From the NCBI RefSeq assembly GCF_036321535.1, contig NC_087437.1:81904001-81968000 (forward strand): DNA of 64,000 nucleotides, written 5' to 3'. Position 1 is the stretch's first letter. Each line of letters starts with the position of its first letter. Source of the DNA: Camelus dromedarius. Taxonomy: Eukaryota. Shown here in pieces: positions 49,921-62,874 of this stretch. The position numbers and the translations under genes are program-made. The notes beneath the pieces were generated by a model, which saw nothing but the letters and a program-made list of their open reading frames with translations, ran no database searches and was not told where the DNA came from.

Positions 49921-50269
49921 GTCCTATGTATAAAAAGTCACCCAAATCCTCTAACAGTCATAAGAATGTTAAAACTATATTACCTCTTTTTCCCTCTTAT
50001 TTCTCCAAATATACTGTTGATAGAGTAATGGTCTTGCTACTGAACGAGCCATATCTGTCTAATCCTAATGACTAACTACATTCTTTCTCGAACAACAAAA
50101 CATAATCCGCAAAATATTTCCAAACCTGTATGACCTCATACAGAACCTATTATGCTTCTCATAGTTATTGTGTAACCAAGAGAACAATAAATATCCTTCC
50201 TGATCAGGACTACCCATGATTCTCTTCTCTCCTGTAATGCCGGACCCCATCTCCCCAGCCCACCACTTG

Positions 50270-50705
50270 TCAGCCCTGTTTTCCACTCCAGCGCAGCTGC
50301 ATCTTTATCCCCACCTCCCCATTTAGAGCCTCACCTGGACTGAACCACCCTCACTTCCCTGAACTCCCCATGCACTCTCTCACCTTCAGCCTTTCAAGCA
50401 TGCTGGTCCCTCTACCTGGGACACCCTCCTCACCTCATTCACCCTGCTCCCTTGGGTAACTCACGGTACTCTTCTGGACTTCAGTTACCTTGTGTGTCTC
50501 CAGAAAACTTTCCTTGACAACCTCAATCTCCAATCACCAAAGCTGACTTTGGTGCCCCTCGTACAGCCCTTGTCAATCTATTTTTAATTAGACCAGAAGT
50601 TCCCTGAGGGCAGGGATCACAGCCTACTTTATCCTTACTGCTTCCCTAATTTCTAACTCAGTTTAACATATGCATAGTTTGTACTCTATAAATGGACAAA
50701 TGAAC
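50270..50705 (+). mobile_element. L2 3' end
   Basis: gcctttcaagcatgctggtccctctacctggga...ctccagaaaactttccttgac...ttagaccagaagttccctgagggcagggatca. Confidence 0.8.
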
Positions 50706-50724
50706 TATAACATAGTAGTTTCAC

Positions 50725-51035
50725 AGACCTAGGGATGTTTGACACCTAAAAAGGGGAAAGGGCAAGATCACTGTCATTGCCTTCAAACATCTACAAATAT
50801 CACAGAAGGAGAAGAATGTTTATTCTATGTAGCTTCAGAAAGAGACACCAGGACCAACGGTGTAGGCTCTGGGGAGCCACATTTCAAAACAATACAATGA
50901 AGAACTTTCTAAAATGCAGAGCATGAAATATTCTGGTCAGTATTTAGCTGCATATAGCTGGGAAGGTTCATACAGGAGCAGGCAAAAATGAACAGGGTGA
51001 TACCTAGTCTCCTTGCAAAGTTAAGATTCTGACTC
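50725..51035 (+). mobile_element. L3/CR1 3' fragment
   Basis: gggatgttt...gccttcaaacatct...ttctatgtagcttcaga...aggaccaacgg...gaagaactttctaa, recalled L3 3' end motifs. Confidence 0.75.
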
Positions 51036-52129
51036 ATAAAATTCTACTTTGGGGACCTGGGCATGCATGTGTAGGATAAGAGTCACCCTAAATACATAAA
51101 CGAGAAGATCAAAGGTTACATATTAATGTCACCTTAGACCTGCCACAACGTGGAGCACCGGGGCAAAGGAACAGAGAATTTTAAATAAAACAAAGTAATC
51201 CAACCCCAAACTCAGCATTCCAACACAGGGGACAAGACCAGCAAGGGGCAAAGCCAGGTCCCCTGGGGCATTCTCCACACTACTTCCCTCATCCTGGAGG
51301 AGGCAATTTAACTTTACAACTTTCAAGAAACTTCCCATTAGAAGTGGTTTCAACTTAGATTTATTGCATTTTCCAAGGTTACGTCATTTGAGCTGTACAT
51401 ACTCCAGAGGGACTCAAGGGGCTACACTATAAACTGTTACAATAAATATTAACGAATATTGTGCCCGATAAAACCTGCAATCTGCACACACGCACACACG
51501 CACCCACACAAAGAGACTTTTCACCTTATATGGTTACTTTAAAAAAATCGACTCTTCTTACGTTCCACTTTGTTGGTCTGCCAAACACGCAGAGTACATC
51601 TACTTTAAAAACACCAATTAAAAATATTAACAACACAAAAATATATAAATCGTGGTTCAGAGCCAAGGGCACATAAATTGACATGGATCCAGACAGTAAG
51701 TAAACATAAAATGAGTAACAGAAACTACTACATCATCAGAAAGGAAGCATGAACAATAGCCCTAAATGTAAGTGATCCTCCCCACCCCCATCCCAGTACT
51801 CCAACTCCCCCACCCCAGAGGGCAAGGTAATGATCAGGAGACAGATAAAATGACAGAGAGGGACCAACAGAGGAAGGGGCTCAAGAATGATTTGGGTAAG
51901 ACTTGCAGGAGATGAGAGAAAAGGAGAGGCAATCTCATTTCACACTGTAACCTTGGGCAGCCTCATGGGTTTTTTTATTCCTCACCAGAAATGCTGCAAC
52001 TCAAGTGTTCAAAACCTCAAATACCTAGGCTGCATAACTGTAATTGAGGAGCAGCTGTGGAGAAAGGGCCGGCTGGGAGTTAGTCTTTGGATTGACATTT
52101 CTATTATTATTATCATCATCCAATTTCTG

Positions 52130-52275
52130 CTACTGATCTTTTCTGGGCCTTAGTTTCCTCATCTTTAAAATGGGGGTCCTAAAACCTACCTCATTACCTT
52201 GTTGATAGGTATAACTAAAACCAGGTGTGCCAAAGTGATGACTCTAGCTAGTAAAACACACAGAATCCCTCAATG
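52130..52275 (+). mobile_element. MIR core
   Basis: ctgggccttagtttcctcatctttaaaatgggg...acctacctca. Confidence 0.7.
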
Positions 52276-53128
52276 CTTCTGTTTGTTTGTTTGAAAAGAA
52301 CTACTTCCCTCTCTGGAATACCACTATTTTTCCAAAGTTGAATTTAGCCCAGGTCATGGTGGAGCCCATCAGTATAACATCAAGAGGCACGATGCTGTAC
52401 ACACTGTAGACAATTAATGTATGAAGGAAGGAGGGAGGCAGGAAAAGGTCAAAGAAAGAACTAGGCATAATTCCAACATTTCTTTCTGTGAGACTAACAG
52501 ACATGCACCCTCAACACCATTCCCTTGTACTTCCTGGGGGTGATCTGCATCTTATTTCAACCACAACGAATGAACCTGAGCTCTCAGCCAGAAAACCATG
52601 CTCATAATCTTACTGTTGGGTAATTCTGAAAGAAATTGTATTAGTACAATTTTTTCCTTTAATTGTTCTCTACACAATTATTCCATACCATCTGGGAGCT
52701 AATTTGGTAGCTCACCAGAGATTCACTATTATTCTATCTTTGGAGTCTGTTAGAAATAAAGTGTCTTTATTACAACCAATTTTGTTTCTTCCATCTCTAA
52801 AACCTCTTTATGGGCTGTAGCATTTTGATCTATGGATTACTGAATTCAATTTATCAGTCTGCAAAAGAAATTTTACATGTGGAAAACCAAGGCTCAGGAA
52901 AGTCCAGAGAATTGATGCAACCTCTATAATGAATTAGAACCAGACAGAAATTAAGTAACCTAATTCTTCTTCATCTTTTTTATATTTATACAGAACCTAG
53001 AATATTTGAAGAAATTATACAATGATATTTTTTAAAATTATGATCATATCCTAACATGCTTTCTAATTTTATTAGATTTGTAACATATTTCAATAATTTA
53101 TCTGATGGAAAAAAGGATCAGATGTTTA

Positions 53129-53253
53129 CTTATTTATTTATTTATTTATTGGGAGGAGGATTAGGTATTTATTTAAATGGAGGTAGTGGGGATTGAATCC
53201 AGGACCTGGTACATGCTAAGCAGGCACCCTACCACTGAGCTATATTCTCCCCC
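53129..53253 (-). mobile_element. tRNA-Ala-derived camelid SINE (vic-1 type) with 3' module and (AAAT)n tail
   Basis: Reverse complement gggggagaatatagctcagtggtagggtgcctgcttagcatgtaccaggtcctggattcaatcccc...aaatacctaatcctcctccc; TSD tca(g/a)atgttta at 53118 and 53254. Confidence 0.92.
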
Positions 53254-53329
53254 TCAAATGTTTATGCTATTACTATAAGATCTCATTAATGCAGAGCTCA
53301 TTATTCCCACTTATAGATTAAAAAAAACA

Positions 53330-53830
53330 CTTGCTTATGTACATCTGATAACCTCCCACTGCCTTAAGCATGAAGTAACAACTCCTTAAGATGCTAGGTG
53401 AGTCCCACCCAGTATGGCTCTCTCCAGTTCATTCTGACATCTTCCTCCGTCCTTCCTCTGCTTTCTCCACTGCATCACGAGCCTCTCCTTAGCCTCTAGC
53501 CCCTGGTCTGCTCCTCAGTTCCCTGAACAAGCTCTGCTGGTTCCTGCCTCTACGCTTCACGGTGCTCTCTCTGCCCCCAGCTATCTTCCCCTGCAAGTAC
53601 ACTGAAATTTTAATGAAGCTTCATTTCCAGCACTTTCTGAAACGCTGAGTCTACTAATTGTGGATGCCGCATGATCATTTCCCTTAGGGACCCTTCCTAC
53701 CCTCTGTGGCACATACAACGTGGCAGTTTTGGGTTCACAAATGTCTCCTTTCCCTGTTAATGTCTGTGAAAGGTAGGACAGAGTCCTACGTATGCATTTT
53801 TCTGCTGAGCCTCAGCAACACATGCATCTT
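53330..53830 (+). mobile_element. L2 fragment
   Basis: ctcccactgcctt...aactccttaag...gttccctgaacaagc...ttcctgcctc...tgaaaggtaggaca. Confidence 0.6.
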
Positions 53831-54445
53831 CATGTTTGGTGTGACAGCCCTAGTTCTATTATTCATGACTCGGCCCAAGTGCAGACAGTGACAACAGACT
53901 CTGGGTAGCTGATTATTACCCCTTTTGTAATTATTCCCCAAATTCAAATTAAACCTTTTTCATTCTACTTCAAAACAAACAAACAAACAAACAGACAAAA
54001 GCCAAACTCATAGAGGATAGGGGCAAATGAGATCAAAGGGGCAGATGACTTAGTTTTGTAAAAGGAAGAGGGAGAGTGACAGGCAGGCTGATTACTTTGC
54101 TTCACTTTCAGACCAAGGGCTAAATAGGTTTGCAGAGGTTCATAGATGGCCCCCAAGGAGGGAAATTCCAACTACATATGATATTGAAGAAGTGATTAAA
54201 AGCACTGTTTATTTTCCTTATAAGATTTCTGATGACGCTACAACACAGAAACATAATGAGGATCTTGCATACATATGTAAATACATAAATTTTGTGTTGG
54301 CATTTCAGAAAAAATGTCATCACTATTTGTGAAAAATCAGAACATTCTGGCTCCAAGTCTTGGTTGGACTGGCCTTCCTTCAACAAGATACTTTGTTAGT
54401 GCTTAGAATGTGTGGAAATCAGAACTTTTAAGAATAGGCTGCATT

Positions 54446-54603
54446 GGGGGGAGGGTATAGCTCAGTGGTAGACCTAGCATGCACAAGGTCCTGGGTTCAA
54501 TCCTCAGTACCTCCATCAAAAAAAAAAAAAAAAAGTAAATAAATAAACCTAATTACCTCCCCCTGCAAAAAAAAAAAAAAAAGATCTTCAATTAAAAAAA
54601 AAA
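54446..54603 (+). mobile_element. tRNA-Ala-derived camelid SINE (vic-1 type), long form with three A-tracts
   Basis: ggggggagggtatagctcagtggtaga...aggtcctgggttcaatcctcagtacctcca-An-gtaaataaataaacctaattacctccccctgc-An-gatcttcaatt-An; TSD aagaataggctgc at 54430 and 54604. Confidence 0.93.
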
Positions 54604-54859
54604 AAGAATAGGCTGCTATGCATGTGCATGTGCTATGAGGTGCATGTGGTTCATTCACTACTTTTACTGCTTTCCATACTTTCTCACTGGTTTGATCTTT
54701 TGCTTGTATCAGCATCTTACTGCCAAATCAGAACACCCTGATGAATGTTTTCAAGTCACTCCTCTGCTTTATACAATATCCTTTGTTGTATACCACTGAA
54801 AAATAAACTCACAAATATAAATACAAATATTTTTATTCTTATAGAGGGGAGTATATTAA

Positions 54860-55775
54860 GGGGAGAGGGGTGTGTGGAAAAAGACACAAGATTTCTAGCC
54901 TGGATAGCTGGGGGAAAGACAGCATTATTAAATCTGGCTAGAAAGTTGGGCTAGAGCATGAAGACTCAGAGGAGATTCCTGGATCTGGAAATTAGGAAGA
55001 CACTGGTGAGGACATAAGCTGGATGACAAGTAGGTGGGAAGTTAAGAGACTAACAGAATGTGATCAAACAATGTGAAGATGGGAGATAAACTGACAGCAG
55101 TGGAAAGCAGTGAAAGCGAATATATTAGAAAAATATTAGAAAGATATTAGAAAAAAGGACACATGGAAATGTTATGAAGTTATAGAAAGAGAATCAGTAG
55201 TGAGAAAAAATTATAGGGAAGGGAGGTATCTGATGGGGCCAGGTTCCAAAGGTGATGCCTATGATCCAAAGCTCAGATGAGGGGACAGACTTGGAAACCA
55301 AGAGGAACATTCTTTTAAGACAGGAAGAGAACAAAATGTATAAAAAAGGTGAGAAGCTTTGGGGGCAGTGGGAACACATAGTGGTTATTTGTGAAGGGCA
55401 AGAGTAGTGAGAGTGAGTGGAAGGGACGCAGTGAGGAGAGTAGAAAAGGTTTGGATTCATGGTTTAGGAATCAGACAGATTCCAGCAACAAGGAATGAAT
55501 GAAATTATTATTGATAGTGAAGGGCCATTGAAGCTGGAAGCTTAAAAACATAATAAGTCAGTCAGTTGGTCGGTCAATGAACATTTACTGAGCAACTCCA
55601 AAGGTCCAGGCTCTGTGCAGCCCTAGCCAAGGACTCCAGGGTCCAGTCAGGAAGTCAGGCAAATAAACAAACCATAAGACAATGTAGCAAGCTCTATGTT
55701 AGAAGTCTATGTAGGATACATGGAAGAAAGAAGATGCATTTAATCCAGGGGTGTAGTTTCCTGGAGGGGGAGTTG
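54860..55775 (-). mobile_element. L2 fragments
   Basis: agatttctagcctgg...; caatgaacatttactgagcaac...ccaggctctgtgc...agtcaggcaaataaacaa. Confidence 0.6.
55122..55154. repeat. 11-bp tandem repeat x3 (atattagaaa[a/g])
   Basis: Directly visible. Confidence 0.85.
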
Positions 55776-56689
55776 CAAATTATTAAAATTGTCCTAAATT
55801 GTGATAATGAAAAATGGGCCATTGGGAACTCTACCTCATCACCCTCCAGGATACACTAATGAAGTAGAATACCCCATGTGAAATCAAGTAATTCCACATC
55901 AAGAGATCTTGCCCATCAATGTTTGAGGATGTAATTTTCATGATCACCAATGAGTTAGTCAGGCAAGACTGATGGAGTTCCTTGGCAATATGATTGAAAC
56001 AGAAACTTCCACACTTTCATAAGCAACACAATGTCTGGCTGTGGCAGTATAACTTGTTAGAGTCTTCAGGCATTGCTGGGAACTATTCTGGGGAACTGAC
56101 TTTCTGATTCAACTCTGGCTACTAAATTCCGGTTAATAATTACTTGTATTCTATTATCCGCCCGGGCCAAGCACAAAACAAATATTTCCTTAAGTGCCTT
56201 TGCTAAAAAAAAAAAAAAATCAATTATCTGGGTTTTGTTTCCATCTTAAAAATGCTGTAGGTGTCTTATCTTTCCATAAGAAACAAATATTCCCAAGGAC
56301 TCACTATTTATACTCCTTGTCATTTACAATACTGAAAATCAAAGTCTGCACTCAGCTTTGCTAATGGCTCTATTCTGTCCTCTGTGGGAGTATACCATGT
56401 CTTTACTGGAGAGAGGACTTGAGGTCTGACCTAAGGTTTCTTAATAGGAAAAAAGGCCCTCCCTCTATCACTAGAACTGTACAGTCACAGAATTGGAAGG
56501 GACCTCAAAACTACTTGTGTAATTGCTTATGTGATGAAAGAAAAATTACCCAGCACTTTTTGTTTTGAGTGAGAGAAGACACTCTTATTTATCATTAATA
56601 TAATGCAATATTTGTAATAGTAAAATAGATAGTGGAATAGCAGGATTTTTCTACTCAGTGATTTTGCCTTTGCTGTACTGTACTAATTA

Positions 56690-56865
56690 CAATTAACATT
56701 TACCAAGGGCTTATTATGTGCCACGCATTGTGCTAAGCACTTTACAAGGATTATCTCATTTTGTGCTTACAATAATCCCAAGAGGTTGGTGCCGTTATTG
56801 TTCTTATTTTACAATGAGAAAATTAAGGTTTAGAGAAGCTGAGAGTCAAGCAGAGCCAGAGTTCC
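56690..56865 (-). mobile_element. MIR
   Basis: aacatttacc...tatgtgcca...gtgctaagcactttaca...atctcattt...attttacaatgagaaaattaaggtttagaga. Confidence 0.85.
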
Positions 56866-57039
56866 TGCTCTGATTTTGCCCTCAACTGATATGCGACCAT
56901 CACCAGCTTACCTAACCTCACATGTCTGTGAGTAAACAGGGAATAATTACACTAACCACTTCACAGGGTAGATGAGAGGATTATGTGAGATACTGACCCA
57001 CGGAACATCTGCCATAAATCTACTTTTCCTTCTTGGAGG

Positions 57040-57235
57040 TACTATAGGGTACTAGAAAGAACCTAGGCTCAAAGCCCAGCTCTGCTACTTGTTAGCTATG
57101 TGATATTGGGAATGTACTTCACTCCTCTGAGCCTCAGTTTCCTCACCTATAAAAGAAGACCAGTATCGATACCTCACAAATCTACTAAAGGATTAAGGTA
57201 GATGATCCCTCATAAAGAACTTACTTTAGCCTACA
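57040..57235 (+). mobile_element. MIR
   Basis: cccagctctgctactt...tagctatgtga...ctctgagcctcagtttcctcacctataaaa. Confidence 0.85.
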
Positions 57236-59369
57236 GTTGCTACAAACTGAGATACTATCTCCTTTTCCTCTTTAAGGGTCACATAGTAACTCTCTTAAGA
57301 GTACAAGAAAACTAAGGAATGCAACTTCTAAGAAGACTGCAGGGGAGACAACAGACCTACTCTGTGGGAAAGGAGGCAAGGTCAACCACAGAGCAGGTCA
57401 GTGTGGAAAGTATGCCTTGTTGCCTTCTGATTCCAGCATAGGCAGATTATTTGGGCATCAGAGAAAAGACAAGAGTCCCCATAAAAGGGTAACAAGCTAA
57501 CTAATTGCTCTTGTGGATTGCTTAAAGCAGTTCTCTATCAATATCAGTGGAATTCCTAGGAAGGTTATCACTGTGATTTCATATCTATGAAAAGCACATT
57601 CCAGTAGGAATGATGAGTAAGAAGTGTTTCAAAGATATTTATAGTGTCTTCCTATGCTCAGGACAATGAGGACAGTCCTTACAAAGATATGAATAAAGTC
57701 ACCTTAGAAAAGATTGGTTGGATTTGATTTATTCTTTTGAAAAATAGAGATTTAGGACCCTACTCAAATGAAATATGGTCCACTGTGTTATGAAATAGAC
57801 ACAGATCAACTGCCACCTTCCTGGGACACAATTTTTATAAAAATCCAAATCAGACAAAAGGAAGTAAAGGCATCTGTACCTGACCTGAAATAACTCTCTC
57901 AAAATCTCTACACCAAAAACACTACTTCACACCTAAGAACCTTACTAGTTACCTGACTTTTCAGTCCATGGCATATCTAAAAGCAAAAACCAGAAATAAG
58001 GTAGAAGCTAAAGGCAGGTGAGGGGGAGTAAATAAGTGATTGGTTACAATTTGACACTGAGGAGGCAGAAAACAAAATACAAAATACAGAAAATATTATT
58101 TAGTACTTCAAATGCTGTTCATATAAATAACACTGAACTTCAAGTAAGCAGGAATGTATGGATTTACCTTAAAAGATATCCATCAAACTTTAAGCTTTAT
58201 CTAAAAAAAAGTTCTGGCACTTGACAGGGAAAACAGTTGTTGGAAAATTCACCTTCACAAACAATCTGATTTAATAAAAAAACCAAAACAATAAAACGTT
58301 ATTCTGGATTCTTTCCAAACCTAGCTAAAATTCTATTGCCCATTTTGGGGATACATTTCTGTAGTGTACACTTTGTGACTATGCAGCAGAAAATCAACTC
58401 AAAATATAAAGATTAATATTCTCAACCACCTCAAATGATTCAAATTAAGTACATGAGAAAAAAATTTTTATATTCCTCCTTAGGAATATTAACGGGCAAT
58501 TTAATTTAAAAAAAACCCATGTTTCTCTATTTTCTTCTTTCTTTACTCAAAATTAGTAAACACAGACATTAGAAGGAAATCTTGGGTGGGAAGAGGAAAT
58601 TTGTGCTTCCCCTACAGCTCTCTCTTATATGTGTATGCAAGTTTAAAAGCTGTGTATCTATTGCTACAAGAATTGTAGCACAGTGTTTTCTAGCACTAGA
58701 AGTTTATTTAATAAACTGAGAATATAAAAGATCCATTTCAGGCAGATTCTATTCCACAATGACTAAAGAAACCATGAATGAATTCCACACAAATCCTAAA
58801 TTCTTAACACAGGTTCTAAGGGTTGGAAATTTCTGGGCTGGTGGTAGGATCAGCCAGAAAAGTCTTTTGTTTCCTGGATTTGAACAGACAAAATGACTGC
58901 TCAAGAATAGCTGAGGAAAATGCTCAAATTGTGAAGTGGTGCAATCCTGTAATTTTTTGCTCATTTTGAAAATACTTTAGATATCTAGCCTAGTTAAAGC
59001 CAAAAATAATTCCACTGAAACTGCCCTAGTTTGATTTAGGACACAGATTTTGTGACCAGAGACTACATTAAATCTCAAACAGGACTTGCCCCTTATTCCC
59101 CTTATTAAATCAATGAAGAAATCCCATCTACAGGAGACCATGGTCTGTGTAACATCATGACTCTCACAGCCTCTGGTGGTGCCTGTGCCACATCTATATC
59201 TTCTGTTCAACAGCTTCAAAGTTAGTCCTAGGGCTTATGTCCGGTTACGCATATTCCACAGGATTAAATAATGACTTTCTGAATAAATTTCATCTAAGGG
59301 GGTAGAGAATCATTCTTTTAGATTAGCTTATTCATAGATTCCCTCAGGATTGCTTCATATCATCTAAGG

Positions 59370-59563
59370 CAGGGGTCAGCAAATTATGGCTGTTTTGGTA
59401 AATAAAGTTTTATTGAAACACAGCCATGGCTATTCATTTGTACATTGTTCTCTGGCTGCTTTCTGGCAAGAGAGAACTGAGTAGTTGCGGCAGAAACTGC
59501 ATGGCCTACAAAGCCTAAAAGATTTATTATTTCACCCTTTATTGAAAAAGTTGGCTGGCGCTA
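59370..59563. mobile_element. MER58A hAT-Charlie MITE (opposite orientation to the 16218 copy)
   Basis: caggggtcagcaaattatggc...gtaaataaagttttattgaaacacagcca...gaaaaagttggctg; TSD atctaagg/atctaaga. Confidence 0.88.
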
Positions 59564-59640
59564 ATCTAAGAGCACCTGTTGGACCAATTAGTTATTGAAT
59601 GTCATTTGGAAAGAGATGTCATGTAGCCAAGCTCAACATG

Positions 59641-59644
<4 letters not shown>

Positions 59645-59691
<47 letters not shown>
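59645..59691. repeat. (GT)n microsatellite, ~23 units
   Basis: Directly visible perfect repeat. Confidence 0.97.
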
Positions 59692-59692
<1 letters not shown>

Positions 59693-60053
59693 CAGGGGAT
59701 GTGGTTAGGCAGAAACAGTGCCACACAAGTACTTGCTTCATTGCTTTTTCCCATCTTTCTCCACCTAATATCCAACAGCGTGGTAAACACATGAACTCTG
59801 CTAGGTTAAGTCCACGTAAATTTTGCCAGAAAGACTGCACTAAAAATCTGGTCATTAATGATGAGACAGACTCATTCCATCCATCCATTCATTCATTCAC
59901 TAGATTGAGTATATACTATGTGCAAAGTAACTTTCTCCTTTCCTTTCCTTCCTTTTAAATCCTGAGTCAAAAACAAGCTCTATTTTGAATATTCACTTAA
60001 GTCTTCATCATATTCAATAAATAACAACAAAAAAAGATAATAAAGAATTTACT

Positions 60054-60140
60054 TGTACATCTTAAACTAATACAATGCTATATATCAACTATATTTCAGG
60101 AAAACTGGGAAAAATAATAAAATAAGTTGAAAACAACAAA
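60054..60140 (+). mobile_element. Very short L1 3' end insertion
   Basis: tgtacatcttaaactaatacaatgctatatatcaactatatttca + A-rich tail; TSD aaagaatttact at ~60042 and ~60141. Confidence 0.8.
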
Positions 60141-60424
60141 AAAAGAATTTACTAAGTAGCTTTTCATGAATGTATTAAGTATGTATGAAGGGAATTATGT
60201 GGGCTGCCTCCAGCCCTCTTTCTGTCTGGGGAGGCGAATGAGTAGGAATATTCACTCAGCTATAAGCTGCTTTGCTTCCTGCTGCGAATAGCAAATTTTT
60301 AAACTTCAATTATACTATTTGATGAATAGTATTTTGTAGCTGAAAGACAAGGCAAGGCACCAGGGAAGACTAGTGAAAATAGGGGGCAATAAGAAGTGAA
60401 AAAAATCCCAGGAACAAGACATGT

Positions 60425-60590
60425 GAGTCATGGCCTGGCCACTTATTAACTGTGTGACCTTGGGCAAGTTAACTTTTCTGAGTTCTGGATTCCCCATTTA
60501 TAAAAATGAGACTCATCAGGTGTCTACCACAGAGCTGTTATGTGGATTAAATAAGATACTGTAGAAGTTTCTAACATCCAGTAGGAGACT
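60425..60590 (+). mobile_element. MIR
   Basis: gccacttattaactgtgtgaccttgggcaagttaact...ccccatttataaaaatgag...ggattaaataagata. Confidence 0.85.
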
Positions 60591-62874
60591 GGATATTGAT
60601 TTTTTCTTTTTTCAATAGTACAATCTATTTCTAATATATATTATGGGGCAAAGAAACCAGGGCAAGAGGCAATAGAAAATATGGGTAAGAAAGTAGAAAG
60701 TCTTATCTGCAGTGATAGTAGGTGGCTCCTTGCTGGTTTATAGTGTTTTATAAACTTCACCGACTTTTGTTCTCTAACCTAATGACTCAAAATGACTAAT
60801 ACCTTAAAATGACGTTATCCTCTAACCTCCTAAGCAGGTAAAAAAATACACAAGTCAGAGGTAGAGATGTACCTTTGATTATGGATTTAAAAGTTACCCT
60901 AGATAATACTCAATGACATATTTGAGGATATTTATAAATAAAAAACAGTAACAACAAAACTTAGCCTGACACCTTGCCTTCTTCCAATATGCACACATAT
61001 GCTGCACACCTGGTTGCTAAGAATGTTATTGGTAATCACTGTGATTGGCTTTAAAGATTAGCAATATCAAAGGAAATAATTATTTCTACATATGAAATCA
61101 GTCTCACTCTGATTCTCAGAACTCAGAAGAACTAAAAAGTAAAAATTATGCTTTAGACATAGAATGGCTTAAAGAACCACTACAAATGTCTTATTGTGCA
61201 ATTATAGCCATCTTTTAAGTGTGTTATACCTTTTTGATTAGGAAATGCTAACATAAGCACCATGCAGTTCTTTGTACCTTTTAGGAAAACATTAAGTACT
61301 TTGAAATACAGCCAAGCTAGTGCTCTGAGGAACCCAAGGTTGCTACTGGATTGCTTATTTTTCATTCCTTTAACTAACTGAGGGAATGGAGAGTGAAGTG
61401 GCCTATTTAAGATGGTATTATAAGGTGGAAGCATAGCCGATCATGGATTTCTGGCTTCCCCAAATGAAGACCCAAACTGTGCTTTATAGGTGAGCATTTA
61501 GACAAAACTAAAAGATAAAAATCTAAAACATATTTAAATATTTAAGCATGAAGCCAGCTGCCAATTATGAAAGGTTTTACTTAAAGTTACCTCATTAAAA
61601 ACCAATTGAAGAGTACTAATATGTCAAAATAGAATTTGGGGAAACATTCTGTAAAGTGTCTTCATAGGCTTAGCTTCAGCATTTTTAGAATCAGGAGCTG
61701 ACAATGGCACAATATTTTCTTTAGTTATACCCTTAATGATAAATCACTCTAGCCACTTGCTCAGTTTGGGAGTTTTCTCTGCTTCCACATTTAGAAAATC
61801 ATCTTTCCAACTCATTGAAATTTACTTACCATAATTGATATTATCAGGTGGCGTTAAGCTAACAACAGTGCCATGGGAAATAAAATGGCACAAGAATTCT
61901 GGACACATCTTAAAAATTGGCCATGTTTTTAAGATCACAGAGTTATGAAAAATGGATGCTCACAGAGTAAAGGATTGTCTGAGAGGTTGTATACAGAGGG
62001 TACCCCGTCCCCAGTGCTTGCCAGGGAAGAGCTGAGCAAACCTATCACCAAGCTCTTCCAACTCTGATGATGTTTTATGATTTTGAGATTCTTTTCTAGA
62101 CCAATTTGATCCTTCTCCACACTGAGCCGCTATAACAATTTAATTTCAGGTACATTGCTTGGTAACCATGTTTTATCCATAAAGGACTGTCTTTTGGTAA
62201 CAAAGGAGTATTAAAATAAGGACACATTCAGAAGACCAGAAACAGAATGCTGTTGTTTTACAAGGAAAACATATTTCTTATCTTACCACCACTGATGTCT
62301 ATACAGATTTGCTTTTACTTTGTTTGAAATACACTCATCAAATCAGATTCTCATTTTTTGAATTCAAGTCTACATAATGAAGTAATCTGTCAATAAAACA
62401 GGAACCTTTTCCATGAAGGAAATACATCTGTGAAAGTAAACATCCTTCCACTGTTAAAGATGAATTACTTGGATACATACTTCAATTCTTATTTCATTTC
62501 CAAACTCTCAACTTTCAGGGCTTGAAAAAGTGATACAGTGGTCTATTCTAATAGTATCTAATGATTTCTATACTTCTTTTTTTTACCTTCCGAAGAGTAT
62601 TCAAAATATTTTCATGGTTTTAATTTGGTAAAGGGAAAAGAATTTAGAGGAGAGGTAGAATAAAAATTGAGTTGTGATTAAGTCCCACAGAGGCCAAAAT
62701 CATAACTTCAAAATACACAGTTATTTCTCTGAGCCAAAGACAGTTCTCACGAATTCCAGTCAGTTAAAGTCCTGAGAGTGGTCAAAGTTCCTTCTTAGCT
62801 CTGGATCCATAGGGTTCATGCCTCTAAAGTGAAAGTTGAGGAGGAAGAAAGCAAAGACTCAAAAGAGAATGGTA

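Noticed and set aside
59281..59333. Pre-miRNA-like hairpin (gaataa...atctaa...ttagat...ttattc)
   Set aside because: Short, AU-rich and dependent on many G-U pairs; not distinguishable from background
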